Shown one piece after another: positions 37,478 to 51,863 of a stretch of 64,000 nt of DNA. This stretch comes from Takakia lepidozioides (lineage: Eukaryota; Plantae; Bryophyta). Position 1 is the stretch's first letter, and each line of letters opens with the position of its first letter. The DNA lies in NCBI GenBank assembly GCA_030704615.1, contig CM060732.1, positions 39,742,001-39,806,000 on the forward strand. Reading direction: 5' to 3'. A program made the translations under genes and the position numbers. Under the pieces are notes generated by a model. That model saw nothing but the letters and a program-made list of their open reading frames with translations. It had not been told where the DNA came from and did not search any database.

Positions 37478-39135
37478 TGAAGGGAGATGGATGAGGAGGC
37501 GCCACCAGGCATTTTATTGATGGCCGATCTTAAAAAGGAAACAGGCTGATAACTATGAATATGAAAATCGTTCTCCAACTCTAGGTACTAATAAGGCAGG
37601 ATGTTGGTGAAGAAATTGGAGATAGGGCAAGTTTAGTAACTTAAGATGCTTGGATTGAGTTGAGAAAAGAGAGAGATGACAAGAGAAGGAAGGGAGGTAG
37701 GTAGCACTTGAAATGTTGCATGTATGCAAAGCCATTGCTGCCCATGCCAAAGCATGAATGTACTGACCTACAACCCCCTCAATCCGTTTGTTTCTTCCGC
37801 ATGCAGATTCTGAAAGATTGCAAGCTTGGGAGTTTGAGCCCTCTCAAGTTACTAGACATGAGATGACAGAATCCGTTGCAGATCAGAGCTGAGCTTCAAC
37901 ACAGTAGTAACGTAGCAGCCGGCACAAACAAGAGTGACGACGGTGATTGAAGATTCAATCCCTATGCGATCAAACGCGTACACGACACATTTACTCTCAA
38001 AGAGAACGGCCGCACGTGCCAATTGCGCAGGCGGCGCCTTTGCGCAGTGTGGACATGACCCTCGTAAGTCAAGATCCGAAAAGACTCGTTTGACTGTTTT
38101 TTCTGCCGTGCATTTTCACACGGCGCCATCGATCCGGTCTCATAATGCCACGATCCCTCATGTTCTTTTTAAGTTTTTTATGTTTTTTTTCCTAGAAGAA
38201 AATTGTTTAAAAAATAAATAAAAATATGTAAGCACCTTGAAAATGAAGCCTTATTCCCCCACGCCTCCACCGCCTTGTTGGGATGCAATTGCTTACAACG
38301 AATTTTCAACAATTTCCGGAAGAAATTTGTTGCAAGCGACTCTTGAGCGCCATTTGCAATTTGTCGCAAATATGTACTGTGATCATCATGCAACGCCGGT
38401 AATGATCCGTCGATCTTTCTACTTCTATTGTCCGGTTTTGTGGCCGTCGGGTCTGGGGTCCAGTGTACATGCCCCCATGTCTTATAATTGAAAGGGCGTC
38501 ATTTTACCCCCTCCATTGGCAGAAATGGGGTGTCCAAGATGGCGGTTGAACTTCACTTTGGGGAATGCACTACGGCAAGTGATTAATTCTATTTCTATTT
38601 ATTATAATTATTTTAATTCCCTTACTTAGTTTGTTCGACGCCGCCGACAAAGCTGAAGGAGCATTTTTGAAGGATTGAACCCGGGATCAAAGAGGGCGGC
38701 ATGAAAGGATGGAATGGTCCAGGGCTGCAGTCAAGGAAGGACGTCTAAGTATTTCACTAAAAGTCCACTACACATGTGCAGTGAAAAGCAGCAGTCCACC
38801 ATCCACATTTCACTGATGACCTGGCCACATTGTGCCATTGACCTTTCACTGTGGGAGAGGAGCTTACTTGGCATGTTGGCAAGCAGATCATCCACGGGCT
38901 TCTACTTGCTTGTCTCCAGTCAAGCAACTCCACCAATCCATCAGAGCCCAGGTTGTAGACCAAGGGCAATCTTCTGTTTGAATTGAGCTCACCATTTCCC
39001 TCCGGAGACTCCAGAGCCAGCAGCCTGGATTCCTGGGTCGGCCAGAAGCAGTGCTGTGATCAAGATGTATAACTTTTATATGGATTCAAGGACTGGAATG
39101 GGGGATGTCAGCTGCCATCTGTGGCTGCTTCACAG

Positions 39136-40875
39136 GACCATATGTACTCACAAGACGTTGTTCTCCGTAGCTTGTGTGGCCATAGACTCCTCGCCCAGTT
39201 TGGGCCCAATGAGAGACTACCTCGGTGACTCCAGTTGTCGGACTTAACTTATTTGTGTATAAAATACACAGTTGGTTCGGATTTCCTCCCTCCCCTTTTG
39301 TTTAAGAAAATAAAATAAAATTCCTCTACTTCAAATCTCTCCACACAAGCATCAATCTGCTGTCTGTGAGCTGCCCAACAGCAGTGACCCCACTAGTAGG
39401 GCCAGGGCTTCGGACTCATCAGCCTAGTTGTATAACTTATAGAACGTTATTGAACAGAGTATGTTCCTAGAGGGTCACTCTCTGATCAGAATACCCAGAC
39501 ATTGTATCAGAAAATGGATATTGTCTGCAGGCCGCCTGTCTTCATCTGTTTATGGGCTTTGCCCTGTAAGGGAGTCTCTATGGATTGATGCTTTAAAATG
39601 CCACAAACTTTACCTTAGATCCCCAAGTTTCCAATTATGCACTGGGTCCCATCATCCACAGGACAAGCCATTCTTGAATCGTGGTGTTTGGTCCCAACAC
39701 TTAGGTATGGCCCAACATCTTATGTGGGTCCCTTCATGAGGTCAACCTTCGCCCTCCCTCAAAGCTTCACTGTCAATATCATGTATCTGCCATAGATATG
39801 ATCTAGTGAGTGAATTCAGTACTAAGGATTGCGACCAGCCGCTTGTTGTTCATTGTAAGCTCCTCAGCCTCTTAAATTTCTGAAGTATGGAACTTAGGCC
39901 CTTCAAATCATCCTCAACCCCTACCAGACCCGTGGAACTCCTTTTTTTACACAGCCATAACTATCTTGATCCAGCTCCGATTGAAGAGCTGCAAATGGAA
40001 AACTGGTAGCCCGGATTGAGGGCTTTCCAACACCACCTGCCCGAGCTTGATTGGCCGAAATTAAAAAAAGTTGTGGCTGTACAAAGGTCGAAAACCATGA
40101 AATGGCATCACAAAACATTCCAGGGATCATGTGCCCGCTGCCCGAATATGGGGGCCATTTCCCCTCCCTGGCTCGTGGGGCCGGTCCTGCACCCAGCCAA
40201 AGTACGGGTCCCGCCCCGCACGGCCTACTATTAATGCTGCGGGTGTGGGGGTTGGTGGTCGGATGGCCCCTGGAAACAGAGGGCCGCTGTGAAATTAGAG
40301 GGTGAGAAGGGGCAGTGATACATGGATGGATTTCATCCATACCTTTGATAAAGTTTCCAAGTCTTTGAGAAAGAGGAAAAAGTTATGCTCCTACAATCCA
40401 CAGCGGAAGTCTATGGAATTTTATTTAAAGCATTTCTACAGATTCGAGAATTTGCAAAACATTGCTGTCTTTGGTTATGAATCTGCAGTGTGATGGGCAG
40501 ACTGGTACATTAGGGACGGTAAGGGCTTCCCCTATGTCACAAATTTCAGGGAAGTTTTAGGCCTGACATTGTATCATTCTACTATGGCCTTACACTCTTC
40601 AGCCTCCAAGTTAGCTTCATCTACCAGAGTCAGTTCTTCTGCCTATATTCCGATTCTTGAAACTTTTTCTGCCAGGACTTTTTCCGACAGTCTCGTTCCC
40701 AAGCCACAGAATCGATCATCTGGTGTTAGGCATGCAATTCCACACGTTTAATGAGGTTGTGAACCATCCTCCACATCGAGGGTAGAGTCATCATGCCCTA
40801 CCATGTCATAAGCCTTATTCACATCCAGGAAGACGACAGGTGGGTTTTTATAATGCCGAAGCTGTTCCCAGGCTT
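39136..40875 (-). mobile_element. Degenerate, interrupted RTEX-like LINE copy abutting an (AG)n tract
   Basis: 3' end matches the family (ATGTACTCACAAGACGTTG). RT remnant VFLDVNKAYDMV near 40800-40850. (AG)n at 40882-40915. Confidence 0.6.
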
Positions 40876-40879
40876 TTCT

Positions 40880-40917
<38 letters not shown>

Positions 40918-41229
40918 CAGCCTCTGGTGGTGTTGGCACCCTGCAGTGCATGATAAATTACTTGAGCAAGTTGTATTCGACAGCTACATGTGTGCAAAGT
41001 CTTGTCTTGACTAGCTATTGCAATGCAAACACAGGCAATGGATGACAAGCTATTCACTAGAGAATCCCCAACCACTTCAGTGCACGTGTTGCTATGGAGA
41101 CAGATGCGCCAGAGGCTGAAGCCCACAGCTGATGCCCCTCATTTCACAGATGGGAATAACATGTTCCATAAAACTAATGAACTTTGCACAGATGACTTCT
41201 GGGTTTACAAGATAGCGTAATGAAGTGCC

Positions 41230-44200
41230 TTACTCATCAGTCACACACCCTTCAGCCGCTGACTTCACATTCTTGATATACTGCAATGACCACCAGCACA
41301 CGGATGCAACATGACAATCTGGGAGAAAGACAACCCAACAGAGCCATGAAGTGCACAAGGAGCACAGAAGGCAGAAGGAAAGGAGTTTGGGGTAGGTCAG
41401 CACTGTTTGGCTTCTTGCATTCTTGCTATGGTGGAGAAAACCAGAAAATCAAAGGTAGAAAACAGTAAACTTGGACAGGATACTACCTTGTAGAGAGTAC
41501 CACGAGAGGCTTTCAAAGGGGGTGCTCTCCAATGGGCTCGTCGCTCAGCGAGCTGAGCCACTGTCAACTCCACATTGATTTTCCGTTTCTCCACGTCGAT
41601 TGTAATGATATCTCCATTTTCTACGAGCCCAATTGGACCTCCCATCTGCAATCAATAAATCCATTTACCAAGCTACTAGGCAGCCTGCAAAAGACCTTGA
41701 GAAGACAAGACAGAAAAGTGGGGTCCCCTACAACCACAACCATCAAGCTATATTTCAACTTTCGAGTGACTCTTTCATGTAGAGAGCCCAGGGGGAGAAG
41801 AATGTACTCATGCCCTTCATGGCTTGCCATAACCTTACAACCAGGGGTGAAAGAGAGAAAGAGATTCTACCCATAAGACATTGTTTGCTGTAGCCTTGTG
41901 GGCAAAGAGAATGAACTCATAAGATGTCGTTTGCTGTAGCCTTGTGGCCATTGACCCCGCGCCCAGTTTGAGCGGAACCCTTGTGGGCAAAGAGAGAGGG
42001 AGAGAGGGAGAGAGAGAGAGAGAGAGAGGTCTACATTCCAGTGTGTTCCCAGTAGCATTGTCGCTGCTCAACGTCCCCTTTGAAGAGTTGAAGGGAAGGG
42101 AGGAGAAGAAGGGCACCAAAACAAATTGGAAGCACTTACATTGCTGAACACTCGCTCCAGCAGTGAAAGCTATGTGCGGTTTCAACTAGTGCATTGGCAC
42201 ATGCACTGCCATTGCATGTGAAATGATCTGGTATCTATTTATTACGTGATGTCCACAAGAAAAAAGAGAGAAAAGTAACACTGCCAAAAGTACCTGAGCC
42301 TCAGGACAAATGTGGCCCACCACAAATCCATGCGATCCCCCTGAAAAACGGCCATCTGTTAAGAGTGCAACCTCCTGCAGCCATATCCCCCACAAACACA
42401 GAGTGAGTGGAAAGAACCTAAACAGCTGAATACATGTGAGCCCTAAAGGTCTAACAATCACAGATCTTCGGAGAATCATTGACAGCAACAAGAGAGCAGA
42501 AATATGATACTTGAACAAAGATAGCAGCTCTGTAACAGAGAGACAATGACCCCGCGGGAAACTAACCCTCCCGGAGCCTTTTGTGGGGTTTGCACCCACC
42601 AGGGTTTAGCTTATCCCCGCAGCTCAGCTGCAGGTACAAACTTATTTTCCTTCCCTGTGAGGGGTAGAGAGAGATTGTACTCATAAGACGTTGTGTGCCG
42701 TAGCCTTGTGGCCATTGACCCCGCGCCCAGTTTGAGCGGGAACAAAAGGGACAGACCCTACCTCTGTCAGGGGCTGACGTTGGTAGTAAGACTTACCTTC
42801 ATATATAGAATTAATCCGGGTTTTCCAGATATCAAGCATCAATCTGCTGTGTGTGATTTGCCACAAAACTAGGCCTCAGGAGGGCCTGGGCTTTTGGCTC
42901 AGCCTCGAGACTTTCAAAGTTGGTAAACAGGGGTACAGGCACAATTCCCTTGATAGATTTGAAGAGAGCGTCTCTTTGGTCAGAGAACCCCGGACAGTGT
43001 ATCAGAAAATGAATACTGTCTTCAGATTGCCCACACAACGGGCAATTGCACTCTCCCTTTCCTCTCTGCTTCTGTTTGCTGTTCAAAGGTAGGCTTCCTG
43101 CCCTGAGTTAAATTTCAGTCTAGTGCCGAGAGTGGGTAGACCCTTGAGGTCATCCAAGATGTCCTCCCCCATGTCACAGACTGGAAACAAGTTCAGGGAA
43201 GTTTTCTGCCTAACTTCATTTTCATCAGACAATCCCATGGCAACAGACATGGCTGAGGACACTACAGCCTCTAAATCAGATTTATCCAGCAGGGTCAAGA
43301 CTTGCGGATCCAGGTCCAGGTCCTTGAGAATCTCTTCTACTCTCTTCTGCCAGGACTTAGCCTGTTTGACAGGGCAGTCCTGTTTCCAAGATATAGAGTC
43401 GATTAACTTAGGATATCTGGTGTTGGGCATATGTTGCAGCTGACCCCACAATCTGACCTTGAATTCATCTCGTCGGGAGCTTAAGGACGGAATGCCAAAC
43501 TCACCCCGAACAGCCACATTGGCTGTTTTGGAGTTATCAACCCATATTGCAGATCCGTACTCCAAGGCAGGTCTAATAACGTGACAAAGCATGGTTTTCT
43601 TAACCTCAGAGTTGACCCCTCTGCAGTGAAAAAATTTAGTGAGCCCCAGAGCTTTGCCCTTGCCAGGGGTAGAGAGAGAGGGAGAGAGAGAGAGAGACAC
43701 CTTGCCAAGGCCCGCGCCGATGACGGCACTTGTAGGGGTGAGCATCTCAGGCATGCCTGGACCACCCTTTGGCCCCTCGCCCCTTATCACCACTACTGTT
43801 CCCTGTATACATCATAACATCAATTTTACCATTCCAAGTGGCAACAAACTTCACCCTGCCACAGATTTACTCGACACAGCAGAAGTTATTTTCTTCCCAG
43901 AGTTAGCTTTGCATCCAGTCATTCAGGGTAATAACCAGCAGCTGCTAAGAAAATGTAATGTTGTAGTGCAAGAAACATCGAGGCCAATGCTGCAGTCCTT
44001 AACTGGTATGATTGGAAGAGATGTCAGGTGCCTGGCCTCCTCCTGAGCTACTAGGAACTCAGCTACAAGCTGTGACAACGGAAGAAAATGCACACCTGTA
44101 AGCTGATGATATTACCTTGAAACTTTGGGGGTTTTCAGAGAGAGCAGCCAGCATAGCCTCCTCTCCTTCAAATACCCGAGCTGGTCCTGTAATAAGGAAT

Positions 44201-47200
44201 CAACAGACTTCATGTAATCGAAGTTGCAGTTGTCGCCATCTATTCTAACAGCATTCTTTAGTTCCTTCTGCACTGTGCGAGACCTACATACTGTAGCACA
44301 GAGATCCTAGAACATAAAGGTGCATCAACTTCAATATTATAAAGATAACCCACTAGCTTATGTAGTTTATATTGCAACTAATGAAAAGCAAAGAGCAAAG
44401 AGCATTGGCACTTTCTGTGCCTCTCCTTCAACGGAGGTATTTCCCTACACCTAAGAGCCTAAGCTTTTGATCATCACTCAGACTGGCTATAGGGCATCCA
44501 ACAGACACACAGAACTCAAGAAAACGTTTTCCACGTGTAAAGCAAACAATTGTAAAATGTATCAATTGTGGAGCCTAGTTAACTCTCAAGTGACAACTGA
44601 GAGGCAACGAAACATAGAATGACATAGCCACATCCAAGGTAAAGAGATGTTTAAAAGATAAAAGCAAAGGCACCAGAAGTCACAGGCAAGAAGAAATGAA
44701 TTGAAATAGTACTTTCATAACGGCCACAAAAAGCTCAACGAAATAAAAAAGTGGAAGGAAATCAAAAGAATGCTGTCTGAAAGCTTACAGAGTACTCTAA
44801 GAGTACAAGACAAATCAACTGTATCCTGTTCAACTACAAAATGCACAATAAAATCTACTCCTCCATGTGAACTTCACTCCCATTCAATATGCCAAATCTG
44901 GCTACTAAAACGAACAAGAGTGCATCTGCCTTGCTCGTAGAGGAAAACAGCTCTGGCTTTCGAACTTCCACATACCTGAGAAGTAGAGACCTTCCTTTCC
45001 TGTGATTTTGGCAACTGACCCCTCTGGAGCCAGATTCCCCCATAGGATCTGCAGGTGACCAGTCTTCTTGATGGGGTTCTCAACTGTAGCTATGACTTTC
45101 TGCCTCAATCAAAACACCACATGTATGAATGACATACCGAATAGCTAAGCGTTCTCCAACAAACAATACACTTCTACATTAGGGGTTTTGGCAAGCAAGA
45201 CATGAATAGAAACCCTGGTTGTTCTACAATGTCGACATGCTCTGATGCATAAACATGCACACATGTACGGCTATAGACTATAGACCCCATGCCTGGTTGG
45301 AGCAGAGAACTTGGCGGGGAACAGAAGGAAAAGAGAGCACAACGGTGGCCACTAGTGTCAAAGAAGGGTAGCTCAAGTACTGGCAAAATGATCAAGTATT
45401 GAAAGAGGAGAGGGACCAGGGCTATAGGCTCAGCCTTGAGATTTCGAAAGTTGGTGGACAGAGGTGCAGGAACTATGTTCTTGATGGTGAAGAGGGCCAC
45501 TCTCTGATGACAATACCCTGGGCAATTGTATCAGAAAATGGAATTGTCTTCAGGCCACCTGCACATAGGGCATTGACAATCTCCCTTTCCCTCTGCATCT
45601 GTTTTTTGTCCCAGCCCTGAGTTTAATTTCAATCCAGTACTAGAGCAGTGAGAGAGAATGTACTCATTAGACGTTAGCGAGAGAGAAAGAGAGTTCAGAA
45701 GTCAGAAGATTAGATTTACCTGGCCCTCTGCAAGAGGCCGGCAAGTAGCCAGATTTTCTGCGAGTGTTTTCCCAGTTACTGCTCACACACACACAAAGGG
45801 AAAAGTGTAGGAAGCTTGTCATTTGTTGACATGAAAGGGAGATGAATGTACAGAGATATCCAATGAGGTGGGGAATGTATTCAATTCAGCGGTGTTGTTC
45901 AGCCCCAAAGAACCATGGACCGTAGCAATATATTTAAGAACCAGGTAGGATATAAGCTGGAAAATTGAAGGCATAGAGTACCAGTCATGCAGCTTCCATC
46001 GATGAGGCCTTTCTCCAATAAATACTTGAGCACTGCCGGTACACCCCCAACCTACCACACCACCCACAAAATAAGAGCTTGGAGAGAACGAATGAAAGAA
46101 GGAAACTTTATAACATCAACAGCAAGCTCAGAGAGCTTATGGGAAAAAAAAAACAGGGTACAAGAAGAAAAACACAGACGACAATGGATTCCTGAAGACA
46201 GAGACTCTTGCCGATATGCCACCAGGCATCATAAAAGACTTCTGGAAGGGATTGGCTGTTCAGATCTGTGAACAGACAGAAGTAACCACCCCAAATTTCA
46301 TAAAAATCCGGACAGTGGAAAGAAAAATGCTCTTCAGTCTGAATGTCATGCCTGCCTTCTCTAGCACAAGCCAGGTCATGTCCGCAATCTCTATCCGCAG
46401 ATTGTGCGAGTAGTCATGGAGGACAAGGAAGGTGTTGCGATAGAACTGCAGCTTTCTTGTAAGTTGTTTTGTCTGCTTCACGTGTAGTGCCATCAGTTCC
46501 TGCCTCATTCGCTTGTTGCAGTCATGCTTGGAAGAAATATCCAGGCCTTCTGGATTTCCGGCAGCAAGGATGTAATGAGGGCCCTTGTCTTTCAAAGAAA
46601 GTGGAGACCCAAGCGCAACATGCCTTTGAGCCAGCGCTAGGAGTCTCATAGAGATATGGAGAGTGCAGACTGGCAGCCACTTGGGGGAAGAAATTGCAAT
46701 CTTGCTAGGAAGATTGTGAGTAGAGATATTGCCTCGAGTTTGAGGGGCACATAGGCAAATTCAGAATAGAGAATCTGAAAGGGTGTTATGATCTAGCTCC
46801 AGCACTCCTTGAAAAAAAGACGCTTGTAGAGGTTTGAGAGAATGTCCTCATAAGATGTTGTTTGCAGTGTCCTTCTGCATAGACCCTGCGCCCAGTTTGG
46901 GCAGAACAACAGGGAACAGACACTACCTTTGTGAAGAGCTCACTCCGGTAGTGGGACTTACCTTGGTGTAAACAATTAGTTCGGGCTTTCAAGATATCCT
47001 CTAGAAAGCCCTTCACACAAGCATGAATCTGGTGTGTGTGAGGTGCCCAGCAATTAGACCCCAACAGGGCCAGGGTTTTAGGCTCAGCCTCAAGATTTTC
47101 AAAGTTGGTGAACAGAGGTGTTCTTTATGTTCCTGAAGAGGATCACTCTGGTGAGAATACCCCGGTTAATGTATCAGAAAATGGATATTGTCTTCAGGCT

Positions 47201-50200
47201 GCGAGGTAATTACAATCTCCTTTCCCTCTCTGCATCTATTTCATATTTACAGGTAGGCTCCCTGCCCTGAGTCTGATGCCGAGCGTAGGTAGGCCCTTCA
47301 GAGCATCCTTAAGGACCATGTCACAGACTGGAAGCAAGTTCAGGGAAGTTTTACGCCTAACTTCATTAGAGGTTCGAGAGAGAGAAAGAGAGAGAGAATA
47401 GAAATTTATCACTTCCACAGGAGTCCCAAGAGAGTGAATCTCAACGTTACAAAACTGTGCAAGAGTAACACCAAGAGCTGAAAAGAGAGGTGTAATGAAC
47501 ACCTTGTGGAGGTCTTCCATCACATATTTGCCGCTGGGTTTCAGATCAGCAATGAAAGGCACCTTGTCACTCACTTCTTGAAAATCATCCAATGTTAGCT
47601 CCACACCCACTGATCTGCACATAAGACTTCCCCTCCTTGGCTCAGTTTGGATGATCCAGATCTTTAGAATACAAGTTATTTGGCTGCAAAGTTTGCATAT
47701 CATAGCTCTAGGTTTCAATAGTACTCAAGATTGAATAGAGAGATTACAAGAATAACATATAATAATGCTGGCAAAATCAATGACACAAGAGACGTGTGAT
47801 TTTAACAGGTACTAGAACATTAAACAAATATAACAGAAACATTTTGCAGTTTATGTCTCTACTTGGGATAGTATTTTTGGCCATTTACCAGCAAAGGTTT
47901 CATCACTTCGAACTAGATTTTTTAAGATCAATACACTACTTCATCACACTACGGTGGTCACTTAAATCATGTCTACAAAATCCATCAATAAAGCAAGAAA
48001 GCGAGAAAAAAAAAATTGCATCCACAAGGGGCACATGGGAAAGAGAGAGCCAAAAAGATAGCTTTCCAGCTGAAAAGGTGAAAACAACCTGGCAATGCCA
48101 ATGAGGTGAAGAACAGCATTTGTGGAGCCACCAAGGGCCATGACAATAACCATTGCATTGTTGAGTGACTTTCTGGTGATGATGTCGCGAGGCTTCAAAT
48201 CACGTTTCAATAGCTCCAGCAAGTACTTGCCCGCCAGTCGGCACTCATCCAGCTTTAAAGGGTCTTCCGCTGGAATTGATGAGCTGCCGCATAACATTAT
48301 GACCAATTTCTTTCAATTTTCAACGAAAGAAAAATTTATGATGGATGCCAATCTGCAGTGTCATCAGCCATGAACCGTCCCTAAACCCACACAGGGCGAT
48401 AGAAAGAAATGAGTGGAGCAGGGCATATTCGAGTGAGATCAAATTTGATTACGACACAGTTCAGGAGACAGAAGAAAGAGATTTAGTACACCTCTGAAGG
48501 CCCTAAAGAATGCTAGTAGAACAACACGCAGAGATGAAGAACATCAAAAAGCCCAAGCTCTGCACGAAGGCAGAGTGCCTCATGCAACTTAGACAATAAA
48601 CACCTCAAGTCCTCATCACTAAAAAGCCACTCTGAGAGAATGCACTCATAAGACATTATTTGCCGTAGAAGCCACTGCAAGAGTGAGAGAGTGTGAGATG
48701 CAAATGGTGGCATGACATTGAGCATCCTTTGTGGAAACAATTGTTGACTTGCCATCATGCATTAAAGGAAGTTACTTAGGATCTGGTGAAGCACCCCCTA
48801 TACCTGTAAGGCAGGGACATGCCCAGAGCTTCAATAGCAGAAGCCATGGTATTAGCTGTGTACATCCCCCCACAAGCACCTGAACCTGGACACGAATTCC
48901 GCACAACATCCATGCGCTCTTCTTCGGTGATAGATCCCCCCACATATTCTCCATAGCTCTGCATTGCAAAGAAGGAAAGGACTGACCCAGTGCTACGAGG
49001 AAGCTTCTACACTTGGTAATGTCAACAGATAGCAACCCAGAAAGTGCGAGCTTTGTTACTGGATACTACGGGGGCAACGTCTCACATGGATTCAACATCT
49101 CCAAACTTCCTGACTTTCTTTGCTGTTTTGTACTGTTTTGGAAGCCCGATTTAAGGCGTAGAGTCAGAGAAATAAATGACACAATGAGGGGGCAGTAAGA
49201 GAGACTTCTGCAGGTTGCGATCCAATATGAGTAAAGAGAGATTAATTACCTGGAAAGCAGAAATAATGTCAAATACATGGCCATTGAATATGCCTGGCTG
49301 CAGTCATGAACAGCCGCGTAGCTCAGAGCACTGACATTCCAAAGACCTTGTAAAAGATGCCATGACCAGACACTGACTGGAACAACTTCCACAAACTGGG
49401 TCCATGTCCCCAATCATTTCACATGTAGCTGGCTACTCTATTAGCATACTGGAATAGATTTTCACAAATTCACGTCAAAGATTCTCGACTAGGAAGAAGA
49501 AACAGAAATTTCTCCACCGCTCTCTTTTTCCCCTCCCTGACACTAAAGAATACACGGGGGAATGTCACGCATGCTCCACTACCCAAAAAATAAAACAGCG
49601 TTTTGCAACCAAGTGTGCTTGATTTACCCTCCAGGCAGCATAAATCAACCTGAATAGAACATGCAGCCATCCAAATCATCCTTCAGTGGCTGATAAAATC
49701 CTTCAGTCAACTGCACTGTGTGCACAGGAGGAGTACAGCACAAGGCTATGCTGACAAACATAAATCAAACTGAATAAATCCCTGAGGGAGGGAAGAAGAA
49801 AAAACATAAACAGCGAGGGGGGTACAGTACGGACCTTGATAGTACCACCATACACCATAATGCTGGGTCTATTTAGACGACCCATGGCCATGACTGTACC
49901 TGGCATCTGCATCCCAAAGTCCACTTGTGTTACTGAAGTCTCCCTTCCACCTACATGTGCCACTGTCATTATCTTCAACGATATTCTTTCATGTGATTGT
50001 CTCACTTACTGGCTAATTTGAGAGGGGAGATTTCCAAAACCAGAATTTACAGGGGGTAATTCTAAAGAGATTGGTGTAATGAAGCTGCAGATAGCAGTTT
50101 GTATTGACATCCAGCCAAAGCCCTGCTTAAGGGGAACATAGTCTCCAGCTCTGCGAATGCCCAATTCTGAGAGTTTGCGGGCGATGGAGGCAGTGAGAAC

Positions 50201-51863
50201 TCTCTCTCCCACTCATCCCAGAGGAAGATCCCAAAGAGCGGGAAATGAAATTTTGGGCTTTAGAAGGTTTTGGTGTTGCTTTACATTACGAGAAGTGCCT
50301 CCTATAGAATCTGATCACATTTGTCCCCATGATGACGTACTTGGTGCTATTATAACTGGGGTACCACTACCTAAGGGTATATGCAAACTTTCACTTACAA
50401 TTAAAGATGAGGCTGCACAATGAGGTGAAGGTTCAGCCACATAGCAGGTTCACCGTAGATATCAGGTGTTGAGTACTCACATTTTTGTCACAGCCAGGAA
50501 TGGAGATATTGGCATCGTACCACTGGCCCCCCATGACAGTCTCAATGCTGTCTGCAATCAGATCACGAGACTGCAGACTGTAGCTCATGCCCTCAGTGCC
50601 CATGGATATGGCGTCACTCACACCCACTGTGTTGAAGCGGAAACCTACCATTCCAGCTTCCTTCACTCCTTCTTTCACTGCTTCAGAGAGTTTCAGTAAA
50701 TGCATGTTACAGGTATTGCCTTCGTACCACACTGAAGAAATGCCAACCTGCAGCCGAAGAGCAGGTTTGAATGCACATGCCCCCCTGTTACATCTTTCTT
50801 GTTACAAGACTTGATGCATTTGTCCTCCTTGTATTGGTGCAGTTGATGGTCTAGAAAGTAAGCTAAGTATCCAAAAGTGTACTAGTTTTGAGGTCTTCCA
50901 AGCTCAATGTGTCTGGGTGTGTGTGCCCAAGAGACACAAAAAGAGAGAGAGGGAGAGAGAGAGAGTCTACTACAGATTGGTTGTGCAAGTGCTTGAAAAC
51001 TTCATAGATTTGGGCTTTTTGTATTCAACATCTCAAAATTGGAGGGACTGTAGTTTCCGGTTGTTTTACTGTTTCACCACCAAAATACAAAATTGAATCC
51101 ATTCCAACTCACAGTAGAACCCTTCATTTTGGATAACATATACTGACGTCTTAAGTCAAATTCATACTTTAAAAATTGGCAACCTGCCGTGCTTTTCGCT
51201 GGAAATCAAATAGTTTCCTTCCTATACGTACACTGGCCCGTTTGACAAAGGACAACACTTCTCGCCTCATCTCTCGCTATCGTGGAACCAGTTAGCCCAT
51301 CTCAAAGAGCACATTCGTGCCGAAGCACAATCCTTAACAATGGCAATTGCAAATAACTGTGAAGGAAACGAATTTTATAAAGTGAAGAGCAGATCCGGTT
51401 CCTCCGCATGAGGCTGTTATCTCTGTCTGTTCCAGACTCTGGAGCTAACTTCCATCGCCTAGGAGAGAGACAGAGTGGAAATTATAAAGTCTATTTCTCT
51501 CTCCCTCATCTCACTCACCTGAGGCTTGTCCATATCCTCCAATGTCAATCCAACACCGTACAAGATGGCCTGCGAAGCCCCTTGCGATTTAGGTTGAGTG
51601 ACGCGGCAACTGTACTTGTTCAGCTTCTCTACACTGCTTCCGGCAGGGGCCTCCACGGCCTGAGGAGGCGGGGCGACGATGGCAGCTTCCGAAGAGCACG
51701 CAACGGATACTCGCACTGTCCTCCTCTCACCGCCATTGATCCCCCCCCTAAAACTGCCCGAGGTACACAAGGATGGATACAAGCGAGCAGCGCTGGTACA
51801 AGGCGAGGTCAGATTGGAGCGAGCCTGCAGAAATGCCCCCGCCGGATGCATCACGGCCACCAT
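41230..51863 (-). CDS. DHAD: Dihydroxy-acid dehydratase (plastid, ilvD homolog), 15 exons
   Basis: Transit peptide, then [111 protein letters not shown], last exon [16 protein letters not shown]. Introns examined are GT-AG. Confidence 0.97.
41862..41995 (-). mobile_element. Two stacked short 3'-end LINE insertions in an (AG)n tract
   Basis: 17-bp TSD CCTTGTGGGCAAAGAGA at 41894-41910 and 41979-41995. The TSD includes part of the earlier insertion. Confidence 0.75.
42675..43664 (-). mobile_element. 5'-truncated non-LTR retrotransposon (RTEX-like) in a DHAD intron
   Basis: 15-bp TSD AGGGGTAGAGAGAGA at 42660-42674 and 43665-43679. Peptides [24 protein letters not shown] finger CPLC...HFLIHC; the ORF ends HKATAHNVL*. 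Confidence 0.88.
45400..45686 (-). mobile_element. Fragments of the same LINE family, including an ~18-nt 3'-terminal insert
   Basis: 45400-45645 aligns with 42890-43130. ATGTACTCATTAGACGTT (45658-45675) is flanked by AG(T/C)GAGAGAGA on both sides. Confidence 0.65.
46842..47366 (-). mobile_element. 5'-truncated RTEX-like LINE copy in a DHAD intron
   Basis: TSD TAGAGGTT(T/C)GAGAGA at 46827-46841 and 47367-47381. Peptide [24 protein letters not shown] matches the 42675 copy. Confidence 0.85.

Noticed and set aside
37930-38580. Possible MITE with AT-rich core and short palindromes
   Set aside because: No convincing TIR pair or TSD found by eye.
39917-40305. GC-rich insert interrupting the LINE copy
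   Set aside because: Probably a small TE, but its ends could not be defined.
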